Source of the DNA: Candidatus Latescibacterota bacterium
GTDB lineage: Bacteria; Latescibacterota; UBA2968; GCA-2709665
NCBI GenBank assembly: GCA_965116875.1
Contig: OZ220733.1
Coordinates: 2,144,001-2,208,000, forward strand
Direction: 5' to 3'
Length of the DNA stretch: 64,000 bases
Positions 48,864 to 58,865 of the stretch are shown here, piece by piece. Under the pieces are notes generated by a model that was not told where the DNA came from, ran no database searches, and worked only from the letters and a program-made list of their open reading frames with translations. The translations under genes were made by a program, and so were the position numbers. Each line of letters begins with the position of its first letter. Positions within the stretch are counted from its first letter, which is position 1.

Positions 48864-49349
48864 GTGTTGCGGCGAATCATCCATGGTGCGTTTGTGTTCG
48901 CGGTGGCGTTTCTCCTGATGGGTCCGTTTTCGCACGCCATGGTCGGGAAGTCGGGCTGGCTCCACACGATGGGGTTGGGTATGGGATGGGGGCTGGCGCT
49001 CGGATTGATCGTGGGCATGGGCAGCGACATCAGCACAGGCGTTGGCATGGTGCTGGGCCTTGGCGCGGGGGCCGGAATCTACTGGGGCCCGTTCGACGGG
49101 GTGATCGTCGGGTTTGTCGCGGCCATACCCGCTGCCATGGGCGTGGGCCTGGTGTCGATACTGCTGGACTGGAGCCTCGGAGCGGGGCTCTTCTGGGGTC
49201 TGTCCCTCGGCATCAGCGCCGTATTGCTCGTATTGCTGGAGGGCGGATGGGCGGTTTTCGCCGCTGCCGCCGCCGGGTGCCTGGCCGGTCTCGGCATCCG
49301 GGTTCTGCTGAGGACGTGGTCGGACCGGCCCGGACAGACGACGGAATGA
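48864..49349 (+). CDS. Gly-rich integral membrane protein
   Basis: Multiple hydrophobic Gly/Ala-rich segments. Start codon uncertain. Confidence 0.55.
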   Translation: MLRRIIHGAFVFAVAFLLMGPFSHAMVGKSGWLHTMGLGMGWGLALGLIVGMGSDISTGVGMVLGLGAGAGIYWGPFDGVIVGFVAAIPAAMGVGLVSILLDWSLGAGLFWGLSLGISAVLLVLLEGGWAVFAAAAAGCLAGLGIRVLLRTWSDRPGQTTE

Positions 49350-49443
49350 CCCGGGTTTTGCCGGGCCGAAAAGCGACAAATCCCGGTTAACTTGCACGTA
49401 TTCGATTTAACGTCCACGAAGACGTTTACCCTGGCAGGAGGAC

Positions 49444-52131
49444 ATGATGCGCCCACTTGTCATCTGGTTCACGCACATCTTCTTCGTATCCATATTGGCC
49501 GTAACTGTACAGGCGGAAGAAGCCAAACCCGACACCACAGCGGCGGATACCGCGAAAGTCAAGGCCAAAGAGGCAAAGGCGGATACGACCGCGAAAAAAG
49601 ACAAGAAGAAGAAAAAGAAGACCTTCAAGGAAGTCACGAAGGAATTCGAAGTCGTCCCGGGTCTCTTTACGTTCTACCGAAAGGACGACGAAGCCAAAAT
49701 CTACATGGAGATCAGGCCCAGACAGTTCGACAGGCTCTTTCTATGCGCCGTTACCCGTGAGGCGGCAGACGGTTATTTCTTCGACGCAACGGCCCTGATT
49801 CCCAGCTTTATGAACTACGGCTTCCCCTTCATTCTCAAACGCGTTGGCAAGAACGTGCAGTTCCTGCACAAAAACCTCTACTTCCGGGCGGATGAAAATA
49901 TGCCGATCGCCGGCGCGGTGGAGCGCAGCGTCACCAATTCCATCCTGAGCGTTGCGAAAATCGTGGACAGCCAGCCCCACCCGGAAAGGAAGAGCATCCT
50001 TGTGGACGCAGGCGGCTTCTTCCTGCAGGACCTGGCAATGGTGGCGGCCGCGTTCAGAGATCGAAAGGCGAAGTACCGTTTCGACGGCAAGAACAGCTAC
50101 TTCGGCAAGGTGAAGTCCTTTCCGCTGAACACCGAGATCGAGGTCGTCCTTCACTTCAACACCTCCAACCCCGAGTTCGCGGCGTACACCTTCCCCGACC
50201 CCCGCAGTTTTCAGCATGTCTATCACTTCAGCCTTTCAACCCTGCCCCGGACGAGTTATCAACCCCGGCTGGGCGACGACAGGGTGGGCCACTTTCTCAC
50301 CATGTACCAGGACTACAGCACAGTTCAGAAGGAGACGCCCTACAAACGTTACGTGGAGCGGTGGCATCTGGAGAAGGAGAATCCGCGGGCAAGGCTCTCG
50401 AAACCGAAGAAGCCGATCGTCTTCTGGCTGGAAAAGACGGTACCCGTAGAATACAGGGAAGCGTTGAAAAAAGGCCTCCTGATGTGGAATGCTGCCTTCG
50501 AGCGCATCGGCTTCAAGGACGCGATCGTCGTCAAGCAGCAACCGGACGACGCGGAATGGGATGCCGCCGACGCGCGTTACAACATGGTCCGCTGGTTTGT
50601 GAATCCGCGAAGGGTATATGCCCAGGGGCCCTCCCGCGCCAATCCGCTCACGGGCGAACTGTTCCACGCGAGCATCCGCTTCAGCGCCGATTTTCCGCGT
50701 TCGATTTTCCGCGAATACGAGGAATTCGTGGATCCCTTGTCCGATTCCGGCGAACCGTTTCCAGAACAGGTTCGAACGCGGGACTATTCGCGGGGATTCT
50801 GCGACTATGCGGAAGGCGCCGCCCACCAGGCCGCGTTTACCGGGAACCTGCTGGCGGCCCGCGGAGAAATCGACCTTGCCGGGAAGGACGGCCAGAAATT
50901 CATCAACGAATATCTGACGATGATCGCGGCGCACGAAATGGGGCACACCCTGGGCCTGCGCCATAATTTCAGGGCAAGCACGCTGCATCCCACGGACCGC
51001 CTCCAGGACAAAGAGACCGTGAAGGACGTATCCAGTTCGGTGATGGATTACCTGCCTCCCAATATCGCGCCGGAAGGAGAGCCGCAGGGGCACTTCTTCC
51101 CCACCACACTCGGTCCCTACGACCTGTGGGCGATCGAATACGCCTACAGGCCCATCGACGCGGAGAGCCCGGAGGCGGAACTGGAAGAACTGAACGGAAT
51201 CGCCTCCAAAGTCGCGGACCCCAGGGTTGCCTACGGCACGGATGAGGACGCATTCGGCGCGCCCCGGGGCATCGATCCGTCTGTCAATCGATGGGACCTG
51301 GGCGCCGATCCGCTGGCTTTCCACCGGAATCGCATCGGCCTCGCGAAGGAACTCTGGCGAAAGATGGAAGGCGAGTTCGAGGTTCCCGGCAGGCGTTACC
51401 AGAAGCTGCGGAGGGTGTTCGGACAGGGCCTTACGGAATATTTCCTCGCGGCGCGCAACGTGACCAAGTATATCGGCGGCATCTATCACCGGCGCGATCA
51501 CGTGGGCGACCCGGGAAGCCGGCTGCCGTTCGAACCGGTCGAGGCAGCCAGACAGCGGGAGGCGTTCGACTTTCTCAAAACCCACGTTTTCGGACCGGAT
51601 GCCTTCGATTTTTCCCCTGCGCTGATGCGGAAACTCGCCCCTGAACGCCTCTGGGGCTTCACCGGTGCGGTCTGGCGCATGCAACGCCTGGACTACCCGA
51701 TCCACAGCCGGATTCTGAGCATCCAGCGGGGTCCCTTAAGCGCGCTGTACCATCCGCTGCTGCTGGGAAGGCTGCAGGATCTGGAATTCTGGGTGGGTGA
51801 GGACGGTTTCGTCATGACCGAACTCTTCGACGGCCTTCGGCAATCCATCTGGGCGGAACTGGAGACCGCCGCGAACGTAAACAGCTTCCGTCGAAACCTC
51901 CAGCGCCTGCACCTGGACCATGTGGTCGCCCTGGTCGTGAAGCCGCCTCGCGACGCACCGGCCGACGCCACCTCCCTGGCCCGCGCCGACCTCGCTGTCC
52001 TCGCGGCCGCCATCCGGAGCGTCCTTTCCGAGGAGGGTCTGGAACGCCAGACCCGCGCTCACCTGGAAGAGAGCGTCACCCGCATCGATGCCGCTCTCGA
52101 AGCAGGTGTACAGCGCCACCTGGGCGGATAG
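49444..52131 (+). CDS. Secreted zinc-dependent metalloprotease (DUF5117/DUF5118/DUF4953, EcxA-like)
   Basis: Signal peptide, HEMGHTLGLRHN and Met-turn SSVMDY. Confidence 0.9.
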   Translation: MMRPLVIWFTHIFFVSILAVTVQAEEAKPDTTAADTAKVKAKEAKADTTAKKDKKKKKKTFKEVTKEFEVVPGLFTFYRKDDEAKIYMEIRPRQFDRLFLCAVTREAADGYFFDATALIPSFMNYGFPFILKRVGKNVQFLHKNLYFRADENMPIAGAVERSVTNSILSVAKIVDSQPHPERKSILVDAGGFFLQDLAMVAAAFRDRKAKYRFDGKNSYFGKVKSFPLNTEIEVVLHFNTSNPEFAAYTFPDPRSFQHVYHFSLSTLPRTSYQPRLGDDRVGHFLTMYQDYSTVQKETPYKRYVERWHLEKENPRARLSKPKKPIVFWLEKTVPVEYREALKKGLLMWNAAFERIGFKDAIVVKQQPDDAEWDAADARYNMVRWFVNPRRVYAQGPSRANPLTGELFHASIRFSADFPRSIFREYEEFVDPLSDSGEPFPEQVRTRDYSRGFCDYAEGAAHQAAFTGNLLAARGEIDLAGKDGQKFINEYLTMIAAHEMGHTLGLRHNFRASTLHPTDRLQDKETVKDVSSSVMDYLPPNIAPEGEPQGHFFPTTLGPYDLWAIEYAYRPIDAESPEAELEELNGIASKVADPRVAYGTDEDAFGAPRGIDPSVNRWDLGADPLAFHRNRIGLAKELWRKMEGEFEVPGRRYQKLRRVFGQGLTEYFLAARNVTKYIGGIYHRRDHVGDPGSRLPFEPVEAARQREAFDFLKTHVFGPDAFDFSPALMRKLAPERLWGFTGAVWRMQRLDYPIHSRILSIQRGPLSALYHPLLLGRLQDLEFWVGEDGFVMTELFDGLRQSIWAELETAANVNSFRRNLQRLHLDHVVALVVKPPRDAPADATSLARADLAVLAAAIRSVLSEEGLERQTRAHLEESVTRIDAALEAGVQRHLGG

Positions 52132-52190
52132 AGGCATACTGAGCAGAAGGCGCGCCGCGATTCCATCCCTTGCCGATCAACGGAGCCACA

Positions 52191-53543
52191 ATGCCGAAAC
52201 TGTCCGATATCCGCATCCGCAACGTCGAACTCGACTTCGAAGCATACCCGTACCGCACCCCGCTCAAGTTCGGCGGCGTGGTCACGTCGCACTGCAAGCT
52301 GATGAACGTGACCGTCGACGTTGAAAACAACGCCGGCGGCATGGCATCCGGATTCGGGTCCATGCCCCTGGGGAATGCCTGGTCCTTTCCCTCCCGGTCC
52401 GTCGGTTTCGACGAATCGATGCAGGCGATGGTCCGGCTCGGCGAACGCATGGTCGAGGACACCCGCACGAATCGTGATAGCGGGCATCCGATCGACATCA
52501 TGGCCGACCTGGAATCCCGGTTTCTAAATCTCGCCGTGGAAACCGGATCGGAACTGAACCTGGCGGAACCGATTCCCAAACTCTGCACCCTGGTCACGGC
52601 AAGTCCGATCGATGCCGCGCTGCACGACGCCTACGGCAAGGTCAACGGGATCAACGCGTACGACGGCCTCTCCGCGGAATGGATGAACCGCGATCTGGCC
52701 GGATATCTGAACGACGACTTCAAAGGCGAACACCTGGACCGGTACACCCTGCGCGAACCCAAGCCCCGGATGCCGCTCTACCATCTCGTGGGCGCCCTCG
52801 ATCCACTCTCCAACGCGGACATCGATCATCGGCTCGACGACGGCCTGCCCGAGACCCTTCCGGAGTGGATTCGCGCCGACGGCCTGACCCACCTCAAAGT
52901 CAAACTCAACGGGGATGACCTGGCATGGGACGTGGACCGCGTTTGCGGCATTCACGCCGTCACCGCGCAGACCCAGGCCGAACGCGGCGTTTCGGACTGG
53001 GCCTACTCGCTCGACTTCAACGAACAATGCCGTGACGTGGCCTATCTCCTGGATTTTCTCGCGCAGATTCGGGAGAAGAGCGACGGCGCCTTCGAACGCG
53101 TGGCCTACATCGAGCAGCCCACGGCCCGCGACCTCCGCGCCAACCCGGAGAACAGGATGCACGAAGCCGCCGGAATCCGGCCCGTGGTGATCGATGAGTC
53201 GCTGGAGGACTTCGAGAGTCTGCTGCTCGCCCGTGATCTGGGTTATTCCGGCGTCGCGCTCAAGACCTGCAAGGGACAGTCGCAGGCCCTGCTGATGGGC
53301 GCCGCGGCAGAAAAATACGGCATGTTCCTCTGCGTGCAGGACCTCACGTGCCCGGGGGCCTCGTTCCTTCACTCCGCCGGTCTGGCCGCGCGTGTGCCCG
53401 CGGTTACCGCCATCGAAGGCAACGCACGGCAATACTGTCCTGGCGCCAACGGCGAATGGGCGGACCGCCATCCTTCGGTCTTCAACATAACCGACGGCAC
53501 GGTGGATACATCCGGCCTGACGGGAAACGGACTCGGACATTGA
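52191..53543 (+). CDS. Enolase-superfamily (mandelate racemase-like) enzyme
   Basis: LKVKL, DFNE, EQP, IDES and ALKTCKG motifs. Confidence 0.85.
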   Translation: MPKLSDIRIRNVELDFEAYPYRTPLKFGGVVTSHCKLMNVTVDVENNAGGMASGFGSMPLGNAWSFPSRSVGFDESMQAMVRLGERMVEDTRTNRDSGHPIDIMADLESRFLNLAVETGSELNLAEPIPKLCTLVTASPIDAALHDAYGKVNGINAYDGLSAEWMNRDLAGYLNDDFKGEHLDRYTLREPKPRMPLYHLVGALDPLSNADIDHRLDDGLPETLPEWIRADGLTHLKVKLNGDDLAWDVDRVCGIHAVTAQTQAERGVSDWAYSLDFNEQCRDVAYLLDFLAQIREKSDGAFERVAYIEQPTARDLRANPENRMHEAAGIRPVVIDESLEDFESLLLARDLGYSGVALKTCKGQSQALLMGAAAEKYGMFLCVQDLTCPGASFLHSAGLAARVPAVTAIEGNARQYCPGANGEWADRHPSVFNITDGTVDTSGLTGNGLGH

Positions 53544-53583
53544 CAAACTCACCGCGCATCCATCGGGCGCGAAGGATTCGCTC

Positions 53584-54594
53584 ATGAAAGCCAGACAGCT
53601 TGTATTTCCGGAATCGATGAAGGTTGAAACCGTCGACGTCGAAATCCGGGACACCCCCGGGCCCGGCGAAGTTCTGGTCGAAAACCTGTACGGCCTGATC
53701 AGCCCCGGCACGGAACTGGCGATGTTCACGCGGACACACGTGGGTTTCACGCGGGAGGACTTCGATTACGCCAGTTTTCCCTTCCACCCCGGCTATGCCT
53801 CTGTGGGCCGCGTCCTCCTTACCGGACGGGACGTGGATGCCGTGCGCGAAGGCGATCTGGTGTACGTGAGGGGGAAGCATGCCTCACATGCCCTCGTGCC
53901 TGCCGGCCGATCTCTTTTGAGACTTCCTGAAGACATGTCGCTCCAGCATGCGCCGTTTGCGGTGATCGCAAAGATCGCGCTCACCGCTGTCCGCCTTTCA
54001 GACGTCCGGCTGGGCCACACGGTCGCCGTGTTCGGGCAGGGCCTGGTCGGCAACCTCGCCGCGCAGCTGATGAATCTGTCAGGCGCCCGCCTGGTGATCG
54101 GAATAGATGCGGTTCCGGAACGGCTCTCCATTTCAAAAAGCTGTGGCATCCACGCCTGCGTCAATCCGGAAGCGGAGGACCTCGCGGACCGCGTCAACGC
54201 AATCACGAACGGCGACGGCTGCCAGATCGTGGTTGAGGCGACGGGCAATCCGGATGTGGCCCCCCAGGCAATCAGGACCGCGGCGCAGATGGGACAGGTT
54301 GTCCTTCTGGGCAGCCCGCGGGGCAGTGCCGAAATCGACCTGTATTTCGACCTTCACCGAACCGGCGTGTCCGTCATAGGCGCGCACGGCTCCAGGCAGA
54401 CCGACGCGTTGCAATTCGGAGATCCTGACCCGGACGAACTCATGCTGGACTTTATTGCCCGCGAACGCCTGAAGATCGCCCCCCTGCTTACCCACGTCCT
54501 GCCCGCCTCGCGTGCCGCCGCGGCCTACCGGGGCCTTCTCGAAGATAAAGGCGCCTTTCTCGGCGTCCTCCTCGACCTTACCCGCTGGGAGTAA
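53584..54594 (+). CDS. Zinc-binding alcohol dehydrogenase family protein
   Basis: ISPGTE, PGYASVG, GQGLVG and VEATG motifs. Confidence 0.88.
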   Translation: MKARQLVFPESMKVETVDVEIRDTPGPGEVLVENLYGLISPGTELAMFTRTHVGFTREDFDYASFPFHPGYASVGRVLLTGRDVDAVREGDLVYVRGKHASHALVPAGRSLLRLPEDMSLQHAPFAVIAKIALTAVRLSDVRLGHTVAVFGQGLVGNLAAQLMNLSGARLVIGIDAVPERLSISKSCGIHACVNPEAEDLADRVNAITNGDGCQIVVEATGNPDVAPQAIRTAAQMGQVVLLGSPRGSAEIDLYFDLHRTGVSVIGAHGSRQTDALQFGDPDPDELMLDFIARERLKIAPLLTHVLPASRAAAAYRGLLEDKGAFLGVLLDLTRWE

Positions 54595-54601
54595 CGCGCG
54601 C

Positions 54602-55885
54602 ATGCGAATCGCCCGCGCCGATCTGGAAATACAGCGCCAACCCTTCGCCAGGCCCTTCGCGTTCAAGGGCGCCGCCTTCCACGAGAAGTGGAACCTGATT
54701 GTACGCCTGATAGAGGAAGACGGTACCGAAGCCGTGGGCGTGGGAGGCACTGCTGTGCTCTGGTCCGACCCCGACGTGTTTTCGAACCACACCGAAGTCG
54801 GCGGCAATATCCTCATGGCCGCGCTCCTGGAATTCGCGCTTCAGCAGGCGGTGGACCGGGAGTTCCCGGACCCGCCCTCCTTGTTGGAGGAGCTCGTGCC
54901 GCATGTGCACGACTACGGCAAAACAGTTACCCGGAACCGCGGACTGCGACTCACCTTTTCGCTGATCGCCCTGGTCGCCCTGGACAATGCCGCATGGATG
55001 TTATATGCGAAGCGTAACGGAATCAGCACGTTCGATCAACTCATACCCGTTACTTACCGACCCTTTCTTGCGGACCGTCAGTCCCATATCGGCCTTGCCC
55101 CGGCCGTTGGCTACGGAATGCCCGTCGAAGAGTTGCAGGCCATCCTGGACACGGACGTCTACATCCTGAAGATCAAGATCGGCCAACCCGGCGCCGAGGA
55201 TGACATGGTCCGGAAGGACATCGAATGGCTCGACCGCATCCATCGCGTGGCCGCGCGATACAGTACGCCGATGACGGATTCAGGAAAAGTCCTCTACTAT
55301 CTCGATGCGAACGCCAGATACGGAAAAAAAGAAACCATGCACCGTCTGCTGGACCACGCCCTCAAGACCGGTTTACACGAGCACATCGTCCTCATCGAGG
55401 AGCCCTTTCGGGAGCCCGATGGTCTCGACGTGGACGACCTGCCGGCCAGGTTTGCGGCCGACGAGAGCGTACAGACGGTGGAGGACGTGGACAGGAGAAC
55501 CAATCAGGGGTACAGCGCCATCGCTATCAAGCCCGCTGGCAAGACCCTTTCGCTCGCGTTCCGGATGGTGCGCGCCGCGGCGGAAGCCGGCGTGCCGAGC
55601 TTCGTGGCCGACAACGGGTGTATTCCCCTCCTCGTCGAGTGGAACAAAAACGTCGCGGCCCGTTTGCCGGGATTCCCGGGTATCCGGGGTGGGCTGATCG
55701 AGTCCAACGGGCCCGAGAACTACGGCAACTGGGCCGACCTGCTCGCCGCGTATCCGATCCCCGACGCCCCATGGCTCACGCCCGAATCGGGCGCATTTGT
55801 CCTGGACGAAGACTACTACCGGCAAAGCGGCGGCATATTCCACGATCCCGTACCCTACTCGTCGATGTTCCGTACCAAAGCCTGA
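54602..55885 (+). CDS. Enolase-superfamily enzyme (Ala-Glu epimerase-like)
   Basis: LKIKIG, LDAN, EEP, ADES and AIKP motifs. Confidence 0.82.
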   Translation: MRIARADLEIQRQPFARPFAFKGAAFHEKWNLIVRLIEEDGTEAVGVGGTAVLWSDPDVFSNHTEVGGNILMAALLEFALQQAVDREFPDPPSLLEELVPHVHDYGKTVTRNRGLRLTFSLIALVALDNAAWMLYAKRNGISTFDQLIPVTYRPFLADRQSHIGLAPAVGYGMPVEELQAILDTDVYILKIKIGQPGAEDDMVRKDIEWLDRIHRVAARYSTPMTDSGKVLYYLDANARYGKKETMHRLLDHALKTGLHEHIVLIEEPFREPDGLDVDDLPARFAADESVQTVEDVDRRTNQGYSAIAIKPAGKTLSLAFRMVRAAAEAGVPSFVADNGCIPLLVEWNKNVAARLPGFPGIRGGLIESNGPENYGNWADLLAAYPIPDAPWLTPESGAFVLDEDYYRQSGGIFHDPVPYSSMFRTKA

Positions 55886-56088
55886 TCCACGATTCCGTCG
55901 TCAGATCCGAACGGCGCATGGAAACGCGACGCACCGGTAATTTTAAAACAGTTGACATGCCCCTTTTGGGCACCCATAACGATGAGAATCGCTGCAATGC
56001 CAGGCTGAATTGCGGTTTTGCGCGATTTGTGACAATTGATGTCAGCCACGAATTTTCCGCGCATTTCGCGATTTTGTCTTTCGCCATT

Positions 56089-56232
56089 TCGTAGTCTCGT
56101 AGTTTCGTAGTTTCGTAGTCTCGTAGTTTCGTAGTCTCGCAGTTTCGTAGTCTCGTAGTCTCGTAGTTTCGTAGTCTCGCAGTTTCGTAGTCTCGCAGTT
56201 TCGTAGTCTCGTAGTCTCGTCTCTTCGTAGTT
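56089..56232. repeat. Octamer tandem repeat (TCGYAGTY)x18
   Basis: 18 consecutive 8-bp units, one degenerate (TCGTCTCT), ending ~27 nt before the ggt start. Confidence 0.92.
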
Positions 56233-56259
56233 TCCAAGCAGCTTCTTCCGGAGAACGCC

Positions 56260-57897
56260 ATGCAGTCGCCTCATGGTATCGGCCATCACGCTTTTCGTCC
56301 ATCCGTGATGGGGAAAAACGGGCTCGTTGCCTCCGGCCACCCCCTGGCGTCCCAGGCCGGCATCACCACGCTGATGGCCGGCGGAAACGCCATCGACGCC
56401 GCGGTTGCGACGGCCGCGGCGCTGGGCGTGGTCGAACCGGCCGCATCGGGCGTTGGCGGCGACGGCTTTCTTCTCATCTACCGGGCCGATACCGGCGCCG
56501 TTTCCGCCGTCAACGCCACCGGCGCGGCGCCTCGGGCGGCCACTCGGGAATTCTACCTTCAACGCGGCGGAATTCCCATGAGAGGTATTCTGAGCGTCTC
56601 CGTTCCCGGCCTGGTGGACGGCTGGCTGATCGCCCACGAACGCCATGGCCTCCTCGCTCTCGAACAGGTCCTGGAACCGGCCATCTCCCTTTGCGAAGCG
56701 GGATTTCCCGTCAGCCACAAGTTGTCCGGCAGCCTTGCCGCCTGGAGCGGGAACTTCTCCTCGGATCCGTACACCCGCAACGTGTTCACCCGAAACGGCC
56801 TGCCCATCGGACCCGGCGACCTCCTTCGCCAGAGCGACCTGGGCGCCACGCTGCGCCGGGTCGGCGCGGAAGGCCGGGCGGCCCTGTACGAGGGAGACAT
56901 CGCGGAGGCAATCGTTGCATTCAGCCGTTCCAGGGGCGGCCTGCTGACCAAGGAAGACCTGGCGGACCACCACGCCCACTGGTCCGATCCGATTCATACG
57001 ACGTACCGGGGCCATACGGTGTATGAGATGCCGCCCAATTCCAGCGGCCACATCCTGCTCCAGGAGCTCAACATCGTCGAGCGCTTCGATCTGCAATCCC
57101 TTGGCTGCAACACGGCCGAGAGCGTCCATCTGATGGTGGAGGCCAAAAAGCTCGCATTTTCCGACAGGGAAGCCTTTGTCGCCGATCCGGACTGGCTGGA
57201 TATCCCGCTCAGAGGCCTCCTCTCCAAGTCCTACGCCGAACAGCAGGCGCGGCGCATCGACCCCGAGCGTGCAGCCACGGACGTCCCTGCCGGGCGGCCC
57301 GAGTCCCACGAGGACACCACGTGCTTCTGTACGGCGGACCGGTGGGGAAACGCCGTGTGCGTGCTGCAGTCCATCCAGTCCGGGTTCGGCGCCGGCCTGA
57401 TCGCGGGAAACACCGGCATCCTCCTCAATAACCGGATGACGTACTGGCACCTGGAGGAGGACCATCCCAACTGTCTCATGCCCGGGAAACGGGTGCGCCA
57501 CACCATGAACCCGGTCATTGTCACCCGGGACAACAGGGCCGTACTCGTCTGCGGTACGCCTGGCGCGGATACCCAGGTACAGACCAACCTTCAGCTGATC
57601 ACCCATATTCTGGAATTCGGCATGACCCCGCAGGAAGCCGTGGAGGCCCCCCGCTGGCGCAGCCTGCAGAACCCGATGGAGTCCACCGTCCCGCATATCT
57701 GCGAAGACGTCCTTCAACTCGAGGGCAGGTTTTCCGAAGACGTCCGGGAGGGCCTCGCCCGGCGCGGCCACGACCTCCGGGTCCTGGGGGACTGGGACGG
57801 CCCCGGGAGCGCCCAGGCGATCGCCATTCACCCGGAGACCAACACGCTCGTCGGCGGGTCGGATCCGCGCCGGGACGGTTATGCGGCGGCCTGGTGA
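56260..57897 (+). CDS. ggt: Gamma-glutamyltransferase (cytoplasmic type)
   Basis: GGNAIDAAVA, SVSVPG, DTT nucleophile and PGKRVRHTMNP motifs; C-terminal SDPRRDG. Confidence 0.93.
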   Translation: MQSPHGIGHHAFRPSVMGKNGLVASGHPLASQAGITTLMAGGNAIDAAVATAAALGVVEPAASGVGGDGFLLIYRADTGAVSAVNATGAAPRAATREFYLQRGGIPMRGILSVSVPGLVDGWLIAHERHGLLALEQVLEPAISLCEAGFPVSHKLSGSLAAWSGNFSSDPYTRNVFTRNGLPIGPGDLLRQSDLGATLRRVGAEGRAALYEGDIAEAIVAFSRSRGGLLTKEDLADHHAHWSDPIHTTYRGHTVYEMPPNSSGHILLQELNIVERFDLQSLGCNTAESVHLMVEAKKLAFSDREAFVADPDWLDIPLRGLLSKSYAEQQARRIDPERAATDVPAGRPESHEDTTCFCTADRWGNAVCVLQSIQSGFGAGLIAGNTGILLNNRMTYWHLEEDHPNCLMPGKRVRHTMNPVIVTRDNRAVLVCGTPGADTQVQTNLQLITHILEFGMTPQEAVEAPRWRSLQNPMESTVPHICEDVLQLEGRFSEDVREGLARRGHDLRVLGDWDGPGSAQAIAIHPETNTLVGGSDPRRDGYAAAW

Positions 57898-57926
57898 AAT
57901 CAGGGAGAGGCAAAAGGAATACCCCC

Positions 57927-58736
57927 ATGGGACTCCACGAAGATTACCTGAGTGACGGCTATGCCATCCATCCGCGGCCTGTGATTCCCGAAACGCTTGT
58001 CCGCCGCGCCATGGACGGCATGGATGACGTGCTGGCGGGACGGTACGAGACCGGAATTCCCCCTCAGCCCTCCTATTGGAACCCCGGCGACAACCCGCAC
58101 AAGCTGGGAAAAGTCGAAATGCCCCAACTTGCCAATAGCGCCATTATGGAGCTTGTCAGCCATCCCGCTGTCGGACGGCTCGCAGCGGAAGTCACCGGCG
58201 CGAGGCGGGTACAGGTCTGGTGGGTCCAACTCCTTTCCAAGCCGCCCTTGAGAACGGAATCCGGGACCGGCGTCAGCGTCGGATGGCACCAGGACCGGCA
58301 GTATTGGAAGACCTGGAAGGAGGGCAGCGAATTGTTCACCGCGTGGATCGCCGTTTCCAACGTGAGCGCTGACACCGGCCCCATGGCCTTCGTGAAGGGT
58401 TCGCACAGATGGGGACTGCTCAACCAGGGCGATTTTTACTTCGACGACATCGAGATTCAACGCGAGCAGATCACACTGCCCCCCGGCGAAACGTGGCGTG
58501 AGGAGGAAGCCATCCTTCCGCCGGGGGGCGTCTCGTTCCACCACTGCCTCACCTTCCACGGAAGCCGCCCCAACCGCTCCGGCGCGCCCCGGCGGAGTTT
58601 CGCCATCCACATGCGCACGGAAAACTCGTGCCCCGTCGCCCCGTCGGAAGGTACCCTCGCCCAGTTCATTCACAGGCAAGACCACTGCCCAGTCGTGTAC
58701 GACGCCGATAGACCCGATTTGCCTCCGCTCGGCTGA
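57927..58736 (+). CDS. Phytanoyl-CoA dioxygenase (PhyH) family enzyme
   Basis: WHQD, GPMAFVKGSH and FHGSRPNRSGAPRR motifs. Confidence 0.9.
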   Translation: MGLHEDYLSDGYAIHPRPVIPETLVRRAMDGMDDVLAGRYETGIPPQPSYWNPGDNPHKLGKVEMPQLANSAIMELVSHPAVGRLAAEVTGARRVQVWWVQLLSKPPLRTESGTGVSVGWHQDRQYWKTWKEGSELFTAWIAVSNVSADTGPMAFVKGSHRWGLLNQGDFYFDDIEIQREQITLPPGETWREEEAILPPGGVSFHHCLTFHGSRPNRSGAPRRSFAIHMRTENSCPVAPSEGTLAQFIHRQDHCPVVYDADRPDLPPLG

Positions 58737-58768
58737 CGCGCCGTTGCGCCATCCCCCCTATGCAAATG

Positions 58769-58811
58769 AAAAAAACGCAACGGCAATACATCCTGCCGTT
58801 GCGTTTTCTTT
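58769..58811. terminator. Bidirectional intrinsic terminator
   Basis: AAAAAAACGCAACGGCA...TGCCGTTGCGTTTT between convergent genes. Confidence 0.75.
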
Positions 58812-58865
58812 CAGTTCCGTGAGAACCGGCGCGGCGGTCCGGCTCGCGCCAGTCTCATTCCCGTT

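Noticed and set aside
56042-56302. ORFs with ETTKLRD/YETTRLR peptide repeats (also 15686-16318 and 15822-16604)
   Set aside because: These are translations of the non-coding octamer repeats in several frames, with no RBS or domain support.
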